A stretch of DNA of 64,000 nt, from contig JBEIPA010000023.1 of NCBI GenBank assembly GCA_040377305.1, forward strand, positions 1-64,000. The letters are read 5' to 3'. A program made the translations under genes and the position numbers. The DNA comes from Flavobacteriales bacterium (GTDB lineage: Bacteria > Bacteroidota > Bacteroidia > Palsa-965). Below the pieces are notes generated by a model. It did no database searches. It was not told the origin of the DNA and saw only the letters and a list, made by a program, of their open reading frames with translations. Every line of letters begins with the position of its first letter. Position 1 is the first letter of the stretch. Positions 18,725 to 27,940 of this stretch are shown here, piece by piece.

Positions 18725-20105
18725 TGGGTAGGGGTTGGTAGGGGTTGGTGGACAATTGAAAATACTCTGGGTTCAATTCTGAAACCGGCAAACAAATTGA
18801 AGTGGTTACACGTGCGCTTGTTGGGTCACATCCTTCTTTGTCGAGCGTGATTGTTACACACTTGTCGTACTTGAATTTGGAATAGATTAGCGTTTCAACT
18901 CCCAGCGCCCATGGAACAAGAATAATTTCCTTGTTCGCAACAGATTCATCGAGAATGTATTTATCGCCCGGACCAGCCATTGCTTTCTGCACCAATTCAT
19001 CGAGATAGGCTACGCGTTTCTTGTACATGAGACAGCCAGCATTGATGTAGCGGATGCCGTTAAAAACAAAAAACAAAACAAACACAATCGGAATCCACTT
19101 CTGGTTTTTGTTGTGTTTAAACAAGAGATCAGCCAATACCAGATTAATCATAAAAAAAGTGGGCAGGAAAATTCTCTCGATCATTATACTGGAATCTCCA
19201 CTACGAAATGTTACAGATGCTATCGCTGTGTATCCTATTGCACCAATAACAAGACAAACTAACCTGAGGTAATCCTTCTTGATCACCAACCAAACTCCAG
19301 CTACCAATGCTGCAAGTTCGGGCAACCAATAAAAGTGCGTGAAATGAATTTTCAGAAAGTTTAATGCACCACTTGAAAAAAGTGATTCTGACCCGGAAGT
19401 TGAAGACAATTTTTGAAACTGTGCTTCATCGTAAGGGTTGGCCGGAAAAAACAAATTCAGCAGAATAACCAATACAATAATGCCTGCAACAAGATAAATT
19501 GAGGGATTATTCAATTGCCGAATGTGGATGGCGAAATATGCAATTACAAATGCCGCAGAGAAAATTCCAAGGGGGTGCGCATACAAAACTAATAGCGTTA
19601 CAAACGTAATGATGATCAGTTTCAATCTATTGTTTTTGAATTCAAACATCAGTACAGCGTAAAGTAGTGCACTATATACAAAACACTGGTGCGTTTCAGA
19701 GACCGTGTGCAGAAATGCTTCACGCACTCCAACTACCATCCCTAAAATTATGACCAACCCTGCCACAGGACTCTTCAGTTTATATGTGCAAATCCGCCAA
19801 ACAACGTAGTAGAGAAGTATGTAACTGGTCGAAAATATATAAACGAGCGTTTTAAACGGCAGGTGCATTTTGGTTGCAAACCACAACAATAGTTCCGAAA
19901 AAAACGCAGAATATCGATTCCCGGGGAAAGTAAGCTGTTCACCATTGATTCGCTCGAATGAAAGCCACGCAGAGTCGACATAAGTTATTCTTTCGGCTGC
20001 ATACACAATCGAAAATGCGAGCATGCCTAAAAAGAATACGTGTCCGAAAATTTTGTGGAACCCCACAAAATTCAAACGTGAAGATGTGCCGACTTCGTGG
20101 TCCAT
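18717..20105 (-). CDS. Polytopic membrane protein (possible GT-C-type glycosyltransferase)
   Basis: About 10 hydrophobic helices, early loop RITYVDSAW, HP motif; the function is inference. Confidence 0.6.
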   Translation of the reverse strand: MDHEVGTSSRLNFVGFHKIFGHVFFLGMLAFSIVYAAERITYVDSAWLSFERINGEQLTFPGNRYSAFFSELLLWFATKMHLPFKTLVYIFSTSYILLYYVVWRICTYKLKSPVAGLVIILGMVVGVREAFLHTVSETHQCFVYSALLYAVLMFEFKNNRLKLIIITFVTLLVLYAHPLGIFSAAFVIAYFAIHIRQLNNPSIYLVAGIIVLVILLNLFFPANPYDEAQFQKLSSTSGSESLFSSGALNFLKIHFTHFYWLPELAALVAGVWLVIKKDYLRLVCLVIGAIGYTAIASVTFRSGDSSIMIERIFLPTFFMINLVLADLLFKHNKNQKWIPIVFVLFFVFNGIRYINAGCLMYKKRVAYLDELVQKAMAGPGDKYILDESVANKEIILVPWALGVETLIYSKFKYDKCVTITLDKEGCDPTSARVTTSICLPVSELNPEYFQLSTNPYQPLPNE

Positions 20106-20116
20106 TCAGCAATCAA

Positions 20117-21577
20117 TCAATGTGATACTACAAATGTACCACCTGAACTCATCCCAGTTTGATCAATTACTTGATAATGATAAATGCCACTCTCAAGTTG
20201 CGAAACATCGCAGGTTAATTGAACACAATTTGAACTGATTTGATTTCTTGTGAAACCTTCAGATGCATTCACAAGTCTTCCGGACGCGTCATAAATATTC
20301 ACATCCAAATTGTTAGATAAGTTGTTCTTACTATCAAGCGTAAATACGATGTTGTCTGATGAAGGGTTGGGATATGCCGTTGCCGTGAAGTTAGATACAA
20401 CAGGTTCCCGAACAGCAAGTACAATGGTGGTGACACCAAACGTATCCGTTTTCACCAAGTATACATTAGATTGAAAAGCACCATAGCCATTTGTAGAACC
20501 ACACATTATATAACCACCATCATGAGAAACATCGATTCCAAATCCTTCATCAAGCGAGGCAGTACCATAACTATAACTGGCCCAAGTTACTGTATGAAAC
20601 ATCATCATGTCACCAGCTCCAGCTCCAATGGTAAAATTGCTCCCAACTGCTGCCGCAGTACCTTCCGGGCGAGTTACAATATCGTAGAAGTATTCATCGT
20701 CACCACCACCAAAAGTGGAGTTCAGTATGCTATCTCCATTAAATGCCCAGAGACTAAAATAGGGATCGTCATTCCCAGGGGAAGTTTCACGGTTACCACA
20801 GAAATACAGTATTCCAAATGGCGTTGAACTTGTAATTCCATAAGCTTTGTCCGCTTCATTATTAAAATGTGCGGTTGTCGACCAGAGTGTATCTCCATTG
20901 ATATCATCAATATTCAATATCCAACTGTCGCCAAGTGTATCTCCTAAACTATAAGTCCATCCACAAGCCGCAAACGTAGAGTCTGGCATAACACAAATGC
21001 TTCTCGCTTCGTCTTGTTTCAATCCACCGTAGGTGCGCATCCATACTAAGTTCCCAAGTGAGTCCAGTTTAAGAAAAAGCATATCTTCATCTCCTTGACC
21101 CGCTCCATAAGTTCCGCCAGCTAAGACGAAGCCGCTGTCGGATGTCACGGCTACATCATAAAAGAAGTCCCATTCAATTGTTTCAAACGTATAAGTCCAA
21201 AGTGTATCTCCGTTTTTGTCAAGACGAAGCACCCAGCCATCGTAGCCTCCATTCCCAAATGAGTTTGAGTAACCCGCAGCAATAAATCCTGAATCACTCA
21301 GTAATTCAATGGACCGGATGATATCGACGTTAACTCCACCATAATACTTGCTCCACATTACCAAACCTAGACTATCAGTGCGCACGAGATATGCATCCGC
21401 TGGTCCTGAAACAGAAGTAGTGCCGGCAACAATGTAACCTTGATCGAGACAAGACTTAACACCATAACCAGCTTCAACCCCTATACTCCCGTACACTTGC
21501 TGCCATTGCTCAGCGGTCTGGGAGTTAGCAACTGTGCTTAATACGAGGGCTTGTAACATGAGTATTATCTTCTTCAT
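20117..21577 (-). CDS. T9SS type A sorting-domain protein with beta-propeller repeats
   Basis: Repeated D.GYI.AG / YLVKTD..G..W units; YPNP...IYDASGRLV...LESGIYHY CTD. Confidence 0.88.
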   Translation of the reverse strand: MKKIILMLQALVLSTVANSQTAEQWQQVYGSIGVEAGYGVKSCLDQGYIVAGTTSVSGPADAYLVRTDSLGLVMWSKYYGGVNVDIIRSIELLSDSGFIAAGYSNSFGNGGYDGWVLRLDKNGDTLWTYTFETIEWDFFYDVAVTSDSGFVLAGGTYGAGQGDEDMLFLKLDSLGNLVWMRTYGGLKQDEARSICVMPDSTFAACGWTYSLGDTLGDSWILNIDDINGDTLWSTTAHFNNEADKAYGITSSTPFGILYFCGNRETSPGNDDPYFSLWAFNGDSILNSTFGGGDDEYFYDIVTRPEGTAAAVGSNFTIGAGAGDMMMFHTVTWASYSYGTASLDEGFGIDVSHDGGYIMCGSTNGYGAFQSNVYLVKTDTFGVTTIVLAVREPVVSNFTATAYPNPSSDNIVFTLDSKNNLSNNLDVNIYDASGRLVNASEGFTRNQISSNCVQLTCDVSQLESGIYHYQVIDQTGMSSGGTFVVSH

Positions 21578-22836
21578 CAGAACGCGTAGCTAAATTTTAC
21601 AAAAGCTCCTCCGGCAGCAAGAGCCGACGGATTGAACAGTGAAAGTGCATTGGTTGTTCCAACCTCCAAACAGGTTTGACGCAACGCATAAATTTCTGCT
21701 TTGAGCGGAACTTGTAATCTTCCGTAACCGCCGTATGCAATTCCTCCGCTAACCATGAATTCATCTGCCCGCCAACCCGTGGTGAGTGCACCGTAAGGAA
21801 TTGCTTCTGACCACATCGGTACTGCAACTTGCGCTTTCAGCATGACGCGGGAAACACAAAACCAACGCGTGTACATGGCGCGCGCAACAGAAGGAAGGAA
21901 AATGCTGCGGTGAAATTCGGTTGTGTCGCTCTTGATGAAATCGTTTTCTTCCGGAAGTTCAGCAACGTAATTCGGATCGAGGAAATAGGGAGTTACATCA
22001 ACGCCGGACCATTCGAAAGAGGTGTCGACATACTGGTGAATGGTTTTGTTGTTCCAATTGATGAATCCGAAATCAATCAGATCAAAGCGAACCATGTGGA
22101 AATTTCCTCGCGGCAATAAATCCCACCAGATCCAGGAAATGTCGACCGAAGTTCCGATTCCGTTCAAAGCAAATGCAGAAGTGTTCGCGGTGTCTGATGA
22201 CCAATAATCGGCGGAGACAGAACTTGTCAGATTCAATCCTTGCGAATCGGTATATAGCTTTCCGTATTCTATGTCGGCCTGATTGTAACGATGTCCGGCA
22301 AGCAACGAGAATGCAAATGAAACGGTTCCATTTGGTTGCGGTGTTGTGTAACCGAATTGCAATTGCGTCCAGCTCATGGAAGTAAATCGGGTGCGACTGA
22401 AATCGGCTTCTTCTCCTTTAAAGCGTGTGTTGCCTTGAAACGCCAGACGAAATGCATCATCACTGAATGTGCCGGTGATATTGTTCTTGCTCTTTAACGC
22501 TAAGCTCCACGATTCACCACTGGTGTCTTTCACGTGTTGTGAATACATAATCCCCAGGGTTGTTTGCACACCAAAACGATTCTTCGGAAGTAGTGTTGCC
22601 GCAGATTTCTCCATGAACGCAGAATCCATGTAACCACCCTGATAAAGATTGGTCATGAACTCGTTACTCACACCGTCGCAACCGTAAGCAAAGCTTCCTT
22701 CACCCATTACGAATCGCTTCGCCCAGGTACTGTCGCGCATTTGACCATTCACATACGGGTAATCATACCAGAAGTTCTGCGCGAACAAGGCCGGACAAAC
22801 TATTACCACTAACAACGTTGCGAGAAGCTTTCTCAT
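21577..22836 (-). CDS. DUF5723-like outer-membrane barrel protein
   Basis: Signal peptide, LAFQGN, GIGTSVDI..DFGFINW, C-terminal FSYAF. Confidence 0.65.
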   Translation of the reverse strand: MRKLLATLLVVIVCPALFAQNFWYDYPYVNGQMRDSTWAKRFVMGEGSFAYGCDGVSNEFMTNLYQGGYMDSAFMEKSAATLLPKNRFGVQTTLGIMYSQHVKDTSGESWSLALKSKNNITGTFSDDAFRLAFQGNTRFKGEEADFSRTRFTSMSWTQLQFGYTTPQPNGTVSFAFSLLAGHRYNQADIEYGKLYTDSQGLNLTSSVSADYWSSDTANTSAFALNGIGTSVDISWIWWDLLPRGNFHMVRFDLIDFGFINWNNKTIHQYVDTSFEWSGVDVTPYFLDPNYVAELPEENDFIKSDTTEFHRSIFLPSVARAMYTRWFCVSRVMLKAQVAVPMWSEAIPYGALTTGWRADEFMVSGGIAYGGYGRLQVPLKAEIYALRQTCLEVGTTNALSLFNPSALAAGGAFVKFSYAF

Positions 22837-22837
22837 A

Positions 22838-24451
22838 TTAGTTCACGTTGTATTCGAAATCGGCAGTAAGATTGAAATCTAACCGATTGGTGGTGAAAAT
22901 CTTTACGAAATTCGGATTCGTTGAAGCACCCGTGTCGAAACGTGCTTTCATGACAATGTGATGTGAGTGAAACATCTGACCGGTCTGCGATTCATTCAAC
23001 GGAATGGTGAGCAAGGATTGTGTTGCGCCATTCGAGAAATAATATCCGTTCAGGAATGTGAGTGGGGCAGAAGCAACCAATCCTGGTGATGCAACAACCT
23101 GATCGAGTAAGTTATTATTCTCATCAAGGAAGTACAACTCAATGTTTGCCGAGAACGGAAAGCTGTTGCCTATGAACAATTTCAGATTAGCTTCTTTCAC
23201 GTCGTGGTGATTGTCCAATCCGAAGTCGACATCCAACGTATCAACGAGTAAAATCTGATCGGCGTAAAAATTCACCGGCATGTCTACATCGATGTAGGCG
23301 TTGATGCCAAACTGCGTGTAGATGAAATCGTTGTTACCGGAAACATTGCCGAGCGGATTTGTCCATAACGAGAAATCGTAGCCAAGAAAATCGGGCATGA
23401 CTTCGAACATGTCTACAATATTCGAATTCGCGTTGTTGAAGGTCCAAGAGTAAATTGACGGAATGGAAGGCGGATAACTGAAACTATATGCCGCGCGGTT
23501 AATGTTCACCGGTTGACCAATTAACGAGTGATTCAGATTTACTGTTTGTGAAGTTGCTGCACGGCGCGACCAGAGATTGTTCACTGTAAAACGTGCGTCG
23601 ATTCCGGCGTAGTTCTCCAACGTGAATGTCATGGTGATTGAATCAAGTCCCAGTGAACCCGATTGCACTTTCGAGAAGAAGTCAACATACGTTTCTTCCG
23701 GACCGATTTCAATTGTTTCACTACCGAAGTAACCGCGAACGTAGGAAGGGCGGATGTCTTCGAAGGTGATATCAACTACTACGCTGTCCTGATTGTTAAC
23801 AGGAGTCGAACCAGGCGCGCTGTTGTCTACGCTAATAGAGAATATTGTGACAAGCGTATTCACACGATCACCATTAAGACCAGTGAAGTCGATTTCATAT
23901 CCGGTGAGATCAAGTTCAACGTCCATTGTAGAAGGTACAGTATTGCTTGGTGCTGCTGGAACTACATAGCTGATAGTGGCGGGAACATTGTTAATTGTTG
24001 CACTCTGCAAAACGTATGTGACCAACATCGGACACATCATGTCATTCTTGAAGTGAACTTTAGCCCTTCCACGTTCAAGAATACCGTATAATAATTGAGC
24101 AGATTGCAATTGATACGTAGTCTGTGTCGGTTGATTCGAAATCAGAGTTTGATTCGGACTAAGAGTGCCAGGAATAAATGGCCATGCATATGCGTTTCGC
24201 AATGTCGTATCCGGAATATTGAACAGCGTATCCGCATTAATTCCCGGAACAGTTGCCCGATAACACACACGCAAGGAACCGTCGGCACCCTCACAGGTTA
24301 TCGAATCATCGAGTATATCATTAATCGACAGTGAACCATATGCAATAGGTGCGGTGAGATCAAGATCCCAACTTGGGTCATCCCGGCGACAGGAAACCAC
24401 AAAGAGGAGTCCGAGAATACCGGCAAAAAACGCAGATTTCAGCCTTTTCAT
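22838..24451 (-). CDS. Large beta-rich lipoprotein (partner of the DUF5723-like barrel)
   Basis: Lipobox VVSC, WDLDLTAPIA, YVRGYFG, NSFP motifs. Confidence 0.75.
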   Translation of the reverse strand: MKRLKSAFFAGILGLLFVVSCRRDDPSWDLDLTAPIAYGSLSINDILDDSITCEGADGSLRVCYRATVPGINADTLFNIPDTTLRNAYAWPFIPGTLSPNQTLISNQPTQTTYQLQSAQLLYGILERGRAKVHFKNDMMCPMLVTYVLQSATINNVPATISYVVPAAPSNTVPSTMDVELDLTGYEIDFTGLNGDRVNTLVTIFSISVDNSAPGSTPVNNQDSVVVDITFEDIRPSYVRGYFGSETIEIGPEETYVDFFSKVQSGSLGLDSITMTFTLENYAGIDARFTVNNLWSRRAATSQTVNLNHSLIGQPVNINRAAYSFSYPPSIPSIYSWTFNNANSNIVDMFEVMPDFLGYDFSLWTNPLGNVSGNNDFIYTQFGINAYIDVDMPVNFYADQILLVDTLDVDFGLDNHHDVKEANLKLFIGNSFPFSANIELYFLDENNNLLDQVVASPGLVASAPLTFLNGYYFSNGATQSLLTIPLNESQTGQMFHSHHIVMKARFDTGASTNPNFVKIFTTNRLDFNLTADFEYNVN

Positions 24452-24574
24452 ACTGTACGAAGATAATTGAAATACAGGTAGTTCCTGCGTTATAAGACCC
24501 TCATTCTTACTTGTTCATTGAGTTAACGGCAAACCTTTTGCACAGTACTTCGTATATTTGTCCTCGGATTACAA

Positions 24575-25030
24575 ATGAAGAAGTACGGAAAGAGATTTAT
24601 GCTAGGTTGGATCTTCTCATCCATCCTTATGTTCGCAGTTTCATACCTGTGGCACGGAATCGTACTCAACGATTTTGAACGCATTTCTTACCCGTTCGAA
24701 GTTTACCTCATTTCTGCAGGAGTAGTTTATCTCGTGATCGGGTTCCTGATGAGCCGGATTTTCATTGCAGAATTTCTCGATCGCTATTCTGAAAAGGCGG
24801 TGGTTCGGGGACTGTTCACCGGAATCGGTTTGGGTGTAATTGTGTTCATGTCAACACTTGTGTTCGGCGTTTCATTCTCGAGCATAGCCGATCCGAAGTT
24901 CCTACTAATGGATTTCATCTGGCAAGTTGTTGAGCAAACCGTTGGTGGACTTGTAGTTGGACTGGTGTATTTACTCGTGTTTGAGTTCATTCCTCAACCG
25001 ATGGAAGATGAAAGTGGCAATGCGCAATAG
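24575..25030 (+). CDS. Small four-TM membrane protein
   Basis: Four hydrophobic helices, YLWHG motif; TATATTTG -7 box just upstream. Confidence 0.75.
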   Translation: MKKYGKRFMLGWIFSSILMFAVSYLWHGIVLNDFERISYPFEVYLISAGVVYLVIGFLMSRIFIAEFLDRYSEKAVVRGLFTGIGLGVIVFMSTLVFGVSFSSIADPKFLLMDFIWQVVEQTVGGLVVGLVYLLVFEFIPQPMEDESGNAQ

Positions 25031-25123
25031 TCAATGCGCAATACGCACCAACTGTGTCTTCGAAATTATCTTTAGAGTTTACTAATTGCGTATTGGGCAT
25101 TGGACATTGACAATTGCGCATTG
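25017..25123. repeat. Inverted arms of 7-mer CAATGCG / ATTGNNN microrepeats
   Basis: gcaatgcgcaatagtcaatgcgcaatacgca ... attgcgtattgggcattggacattgacaattgcgcattg. Confidence 0.75.
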
Positions 25124-25124
25124 G

Positions 25125-26408
25125 TCAATACCCGTACTTCTCACTCCAGCACTTTCTCAGGTACATTCTCAGATCATTCTCGCGCGGATTATTCCCCGGA
25201 TTATATAATCTATTTCCGCTAACCATATCAGGCATGTATTCCTGTTCGCCGAAGTTCCCTTCGTTACTGTGACTGTAATCGTATTCCTTTCCATAGCCGA
25301 TATCTTTCATCAGTTTAGTAGGAGCATTTCGCAGATGAATCGGAACGGGAAGATCGCCGGTTGACCGAACCAACTCTTCAGCCGTATTGATGGCCATGTA
25401 AGAGGCATTACTCTTTGCTGAAGACGCGAGATAGGTCACACACTGAGAAAGAATAATCCGCGACTCCGGCATCCCGATTGTGTGCACAGCATTGAATGAA
25501 GCCTGCGCCAACAACAAAGCATTCGGATTTGCATTGCCGATGTCTTCACTCGCCAAAATGAGTAATCGGCGTGCTATGAACAAGGGATCTTCTCCGCCTT
25601 CGAGCATTCTCGCCAACCAGTATACACCGGCATTCGGATCACTTCCGCGAATGGATTTGATGAACGCAGAAATGATATCGTAGTGCTGTTCGCCGCTCTT
25701 ATCATACAACGCCAGATTCTTCTGAATGACTTTAAGTACAAAATCATTTTTGATGTGATGTTCACCTTCCGGTAGTGCATCGGCAACAACTTCAAGTGCA
25801 TTCAAAAGTTTACGCGCATCTCCACCTGATATGCGAAGGAGCGCTTCTGTTTCGTCAATTACCAGATTGCGCGTTTTGAGAACCTCATCTTTGGTAATGG
25901 CGTCGTTGAGAAGCTGTTCAAGATCTTCCCGTTCAAGTGGTTTCATGATGTACACCTGACTTCTCGAAAGCAAAGCGGGAATGACTTCGAAAGATGGATT
26001 CTCTGTTGTTGCACCAACCAGCGTTACAATTCCCTTTTCAACCGCACCAAGGAGAGAATCCTGTTGCGACTTGCTGAAACGGTGAATCTCGTCAATGAAC
26101 AACACTGGTAGATTAGTTCCGAAGAATGCCTGCGACTTCGCCTTTTCAATTACTTCACGAATGTCTTTCACGCCGGCATTAATTGCACTGAGCTGAAAGA
26201 ACGGTCGCTTGAGGTGAGTCGCAATGATCTGCGCCAGTGTAGTTTTACCCACACCCGGCGGCCCCCAGAATATCATGGAGTGGATGTTCCCGTTCAGCAC
26301 AGACTTTCTCAACACCGCATCTTCTCCAACGAGATGGCGCTGTCCTACGTACGTGTCCAGTGACTTCGGACGCATGCGTTCTGCAAGAGGAGCATGTTGA
26401 CTTTCCAT
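25125..26408 (-). CDS. rarA: Replication-associated recombination protein A (RarA/MgsA AAA+ ATPase)
   Basis: [52 protein letters not shown]. Confidence 0.95.
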   Translation of the reverse strand: MESQHAPLAERMRPKSLDTYVGQRHLVGEDAVLRKSVLNGNIHSMIFWGPPGVGKTTLAQIIATHLKRPFFQLSAINAGVKDIREVIEKAKSQAFFGTNLPVLFIDEIHRFSKSQQDSLLGAVEKGIVTLVGATTENPSFEVIPALLSRSQVYIMKPLEREDLEQLLNDAITKDEVLKTRNLVIDETEALLRISGGDARKLLNALEVVADALPEGEHHIKNDFVLKVIQKNLALYDKSGEQHYDIISAFIKSIRGSDPNAGVYWLARMLEGGEDPLFIARRLLILASEDIGNANPNALLLAQASFNAVHTIGMPESRIILSQCVTYLASSAKSNASYMAINTAEELVRSTGDLPVPIHLRNAPTKLMKDIGYGKEYDYSHSNEGNFGEQEYMPDMVSGNRLYNPGNNPRENDLRMYLRKCWSEKYGY

Positions 26409-26563
26409 GGTAACAGTGTTCGGAACTGACTCTACTTAGACAAAGATAAGGTTGGAAGGCGGTGTTAGTATCGTGTTCAATACCATTGGAATGATAATTG
26501 TATTCTATTTCTCAGATGGGAATCAAAACGCTATTTTTGATAAACTCAACAGCTGACCAAAAA

Positions 26564-27013
26564 ATGAAGAAGTCTGGAAGTATCATCCTCGCCGCATGCA
26601 TGTTTTTCTTTATGTGTTCGTTTGCCCTTGTTGGCGGCGACACTACTGCGCTGGAAGGAAAAGTCTATAAAGTGACAATGACGCTTAACAAGAAAGGCGG
26701 AAAAACGGGTCCTCCGGAATCTGAGGAAATCACGTTTAAAAGCGGAAAATTTCAGTGCAAGCTCATCGACAAAGAAATGGGAGCGAAATTCATCCCGATT
26801 GAATTCAGTGTCGATTCATCATTCGAAGAAAACGGGGAAGAACTTCCTTACGTGGAATTCGAAGGAGAATTCGTGAACAAACTCGACGAACAGGTAAAAG
26901 TTACCGGAACAGTTGACGGATACGGAATTGAAGGAAGCGTAATTCTTTCCAAGAAAGATAAAGAGAAGAAGAATTACAGCTTTGTGGGATCGTTGAAACA
27001 GAAGAAGAAGTAA
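26564..27013 (+). CDS. Hypothetical exported protein
   Basis: Signal peptide from MKKSG, beta-rich, Lys-rich C-terminus. Confidence 0.65.
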   Translation: MKKSGSIILAACMFFFMCSFALVGGDTTALEGKVYKVTMTLNKKGGKTGPPESEEITFKSGKFQCKLIDKEMGAKFIPIEFSVDSSFEENGEELPYVEFEGEFVNKLDEQVKVTGTVDGYGIEGSVILSKKDKEKKNYSFVGSLKQKKK

Positions 27014-27125
27014 TTCGAAAATTTGAAGATTCGAAATTCGAGATAAAAAAGGACCTGATTTACTAGTCAGGTCTTTTCTTTTACTACGATCAGGTCAAAT
27101 TTTCAAATCTTCAAATTTTCGAATT
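27013..27125. repeat. Inverted 8-mer ATTTGAAG/ATTCGAAA arms flanking a terminator
   Basis: aattcgaaaatttgaagattcgaaattcgagat ... aaattttcaaatcttcaaattttcgaatt. Confidence 0.8.
27045..27078. terminator. Bidirectional Rho-independent terminator
   Basis: AAAAAAGGACCTGA-loop-TCAGGTCTTTT between convergent genes. Confidence 0.75.
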
Positions 27126-27126
27126 G

Positions 27127-27849
27127 TTATTGTACCGAATTAATCTTCTCGAGCACCATATCCTTCGGCACTAATCCTTCATTCCGCCACTGAATCTGCC
27201 CGTCTTTGTAAAGAACAAGTGTTGGCATTGCAGCAATGTTCATGAATTCTGCTACCGGACGATCGCGATCGACGTCGACTTTGATCAACTTAAACTTCTC
27301 CGGAATTTCGGTCTCCAATTCATGCAATGAGGGAGCAAGAATTTTACAAGGTCCGCACCAGGTTGCCGTGAAATCAACGAGCACAATTTTATTGTCGGCA
27401 ATGAACTGTTTGTATTGGTCGAGTGAAACACCATTTTCAAGATCGTTGCTTACTTCAGCCTTCTCAACTGGCTTGCCAGCAGATTCCCAGGCGCCATATC
27501 CACCATCAAGTTCGTAGACGGCAGTGAAACCGTTCTTCGCAAGATATTCCGCAGCTTCCTGACTACGATTGCCGGATTGGCAATACACCAACACAGGTTT
27601 TGTCTTATCCAGTGCACCAACGTTGATGGAGAAATCCGAATTCTTCCAATCGATATTTTGTGCACCCTGCATGTGTCCAGCTGCAAATTCTTCGGGTGTA
27701 CGAACGTCAAGAATCTGTTCGTTGTTCGAAGCAGTAATCAAAGAGTCGAACTGTGCAACGTTGCTGTCCACGATTCCGGTTTTCTCATCAGATGCGCATG
27801 ATGCGAAAAACATTAGCGAAGACACTAAAAGAAATGTCACTTGTTTCAT
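27127..27849 (-). CDS. Lipoprotein, rhodanese-thioredoxin fusion
   Basis: Lipobox FASC; LDVRTPEEFAAGH..VYCQSGNRS rhodanese; DFTATWCGPCK thioredoxin. Confidence 0.9.
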   Translation of the reverse strand: MKQVTFLLVSSLMFFASCASDEKTGIVDSNVAQFDSLITASNNEQILDVRTPEEFAAGHMQGAQNIDWKNSDFSINVGALDKTKPVLVYCQSGNRSQEAAEYLAKNGFTAVYELDGGYGAWESAGKPVEKAEVSNDLENGVSLDQYKQFIADNKIVLVDFTATWCGPCKILAPSLHELETEIPEKFKLIKVDVDRDRPVAEFMNIAAMPTLVLYKDGQIQWRNEGLVPKDMVLEKINSVQ

Positions 27850-27894
27850 ACCCCAAAGTTAACGAAAACACTAATGGTAAGGAGCAACCCGATT

Positions 27895-27934
27895 TCAGCA
27901 TTTGCACATCTTCACATCTGCAAATCTGCACATT
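27895..27934. repeat. Tandem 8-mer TGCACATC microrepeat (single arm)
   Basis: tcagcatt tgcacatc ttcacatc tgcaaatc tgcacatt. Confidence 0.65.
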
Positions 27935-27940
27935 CAGCGA

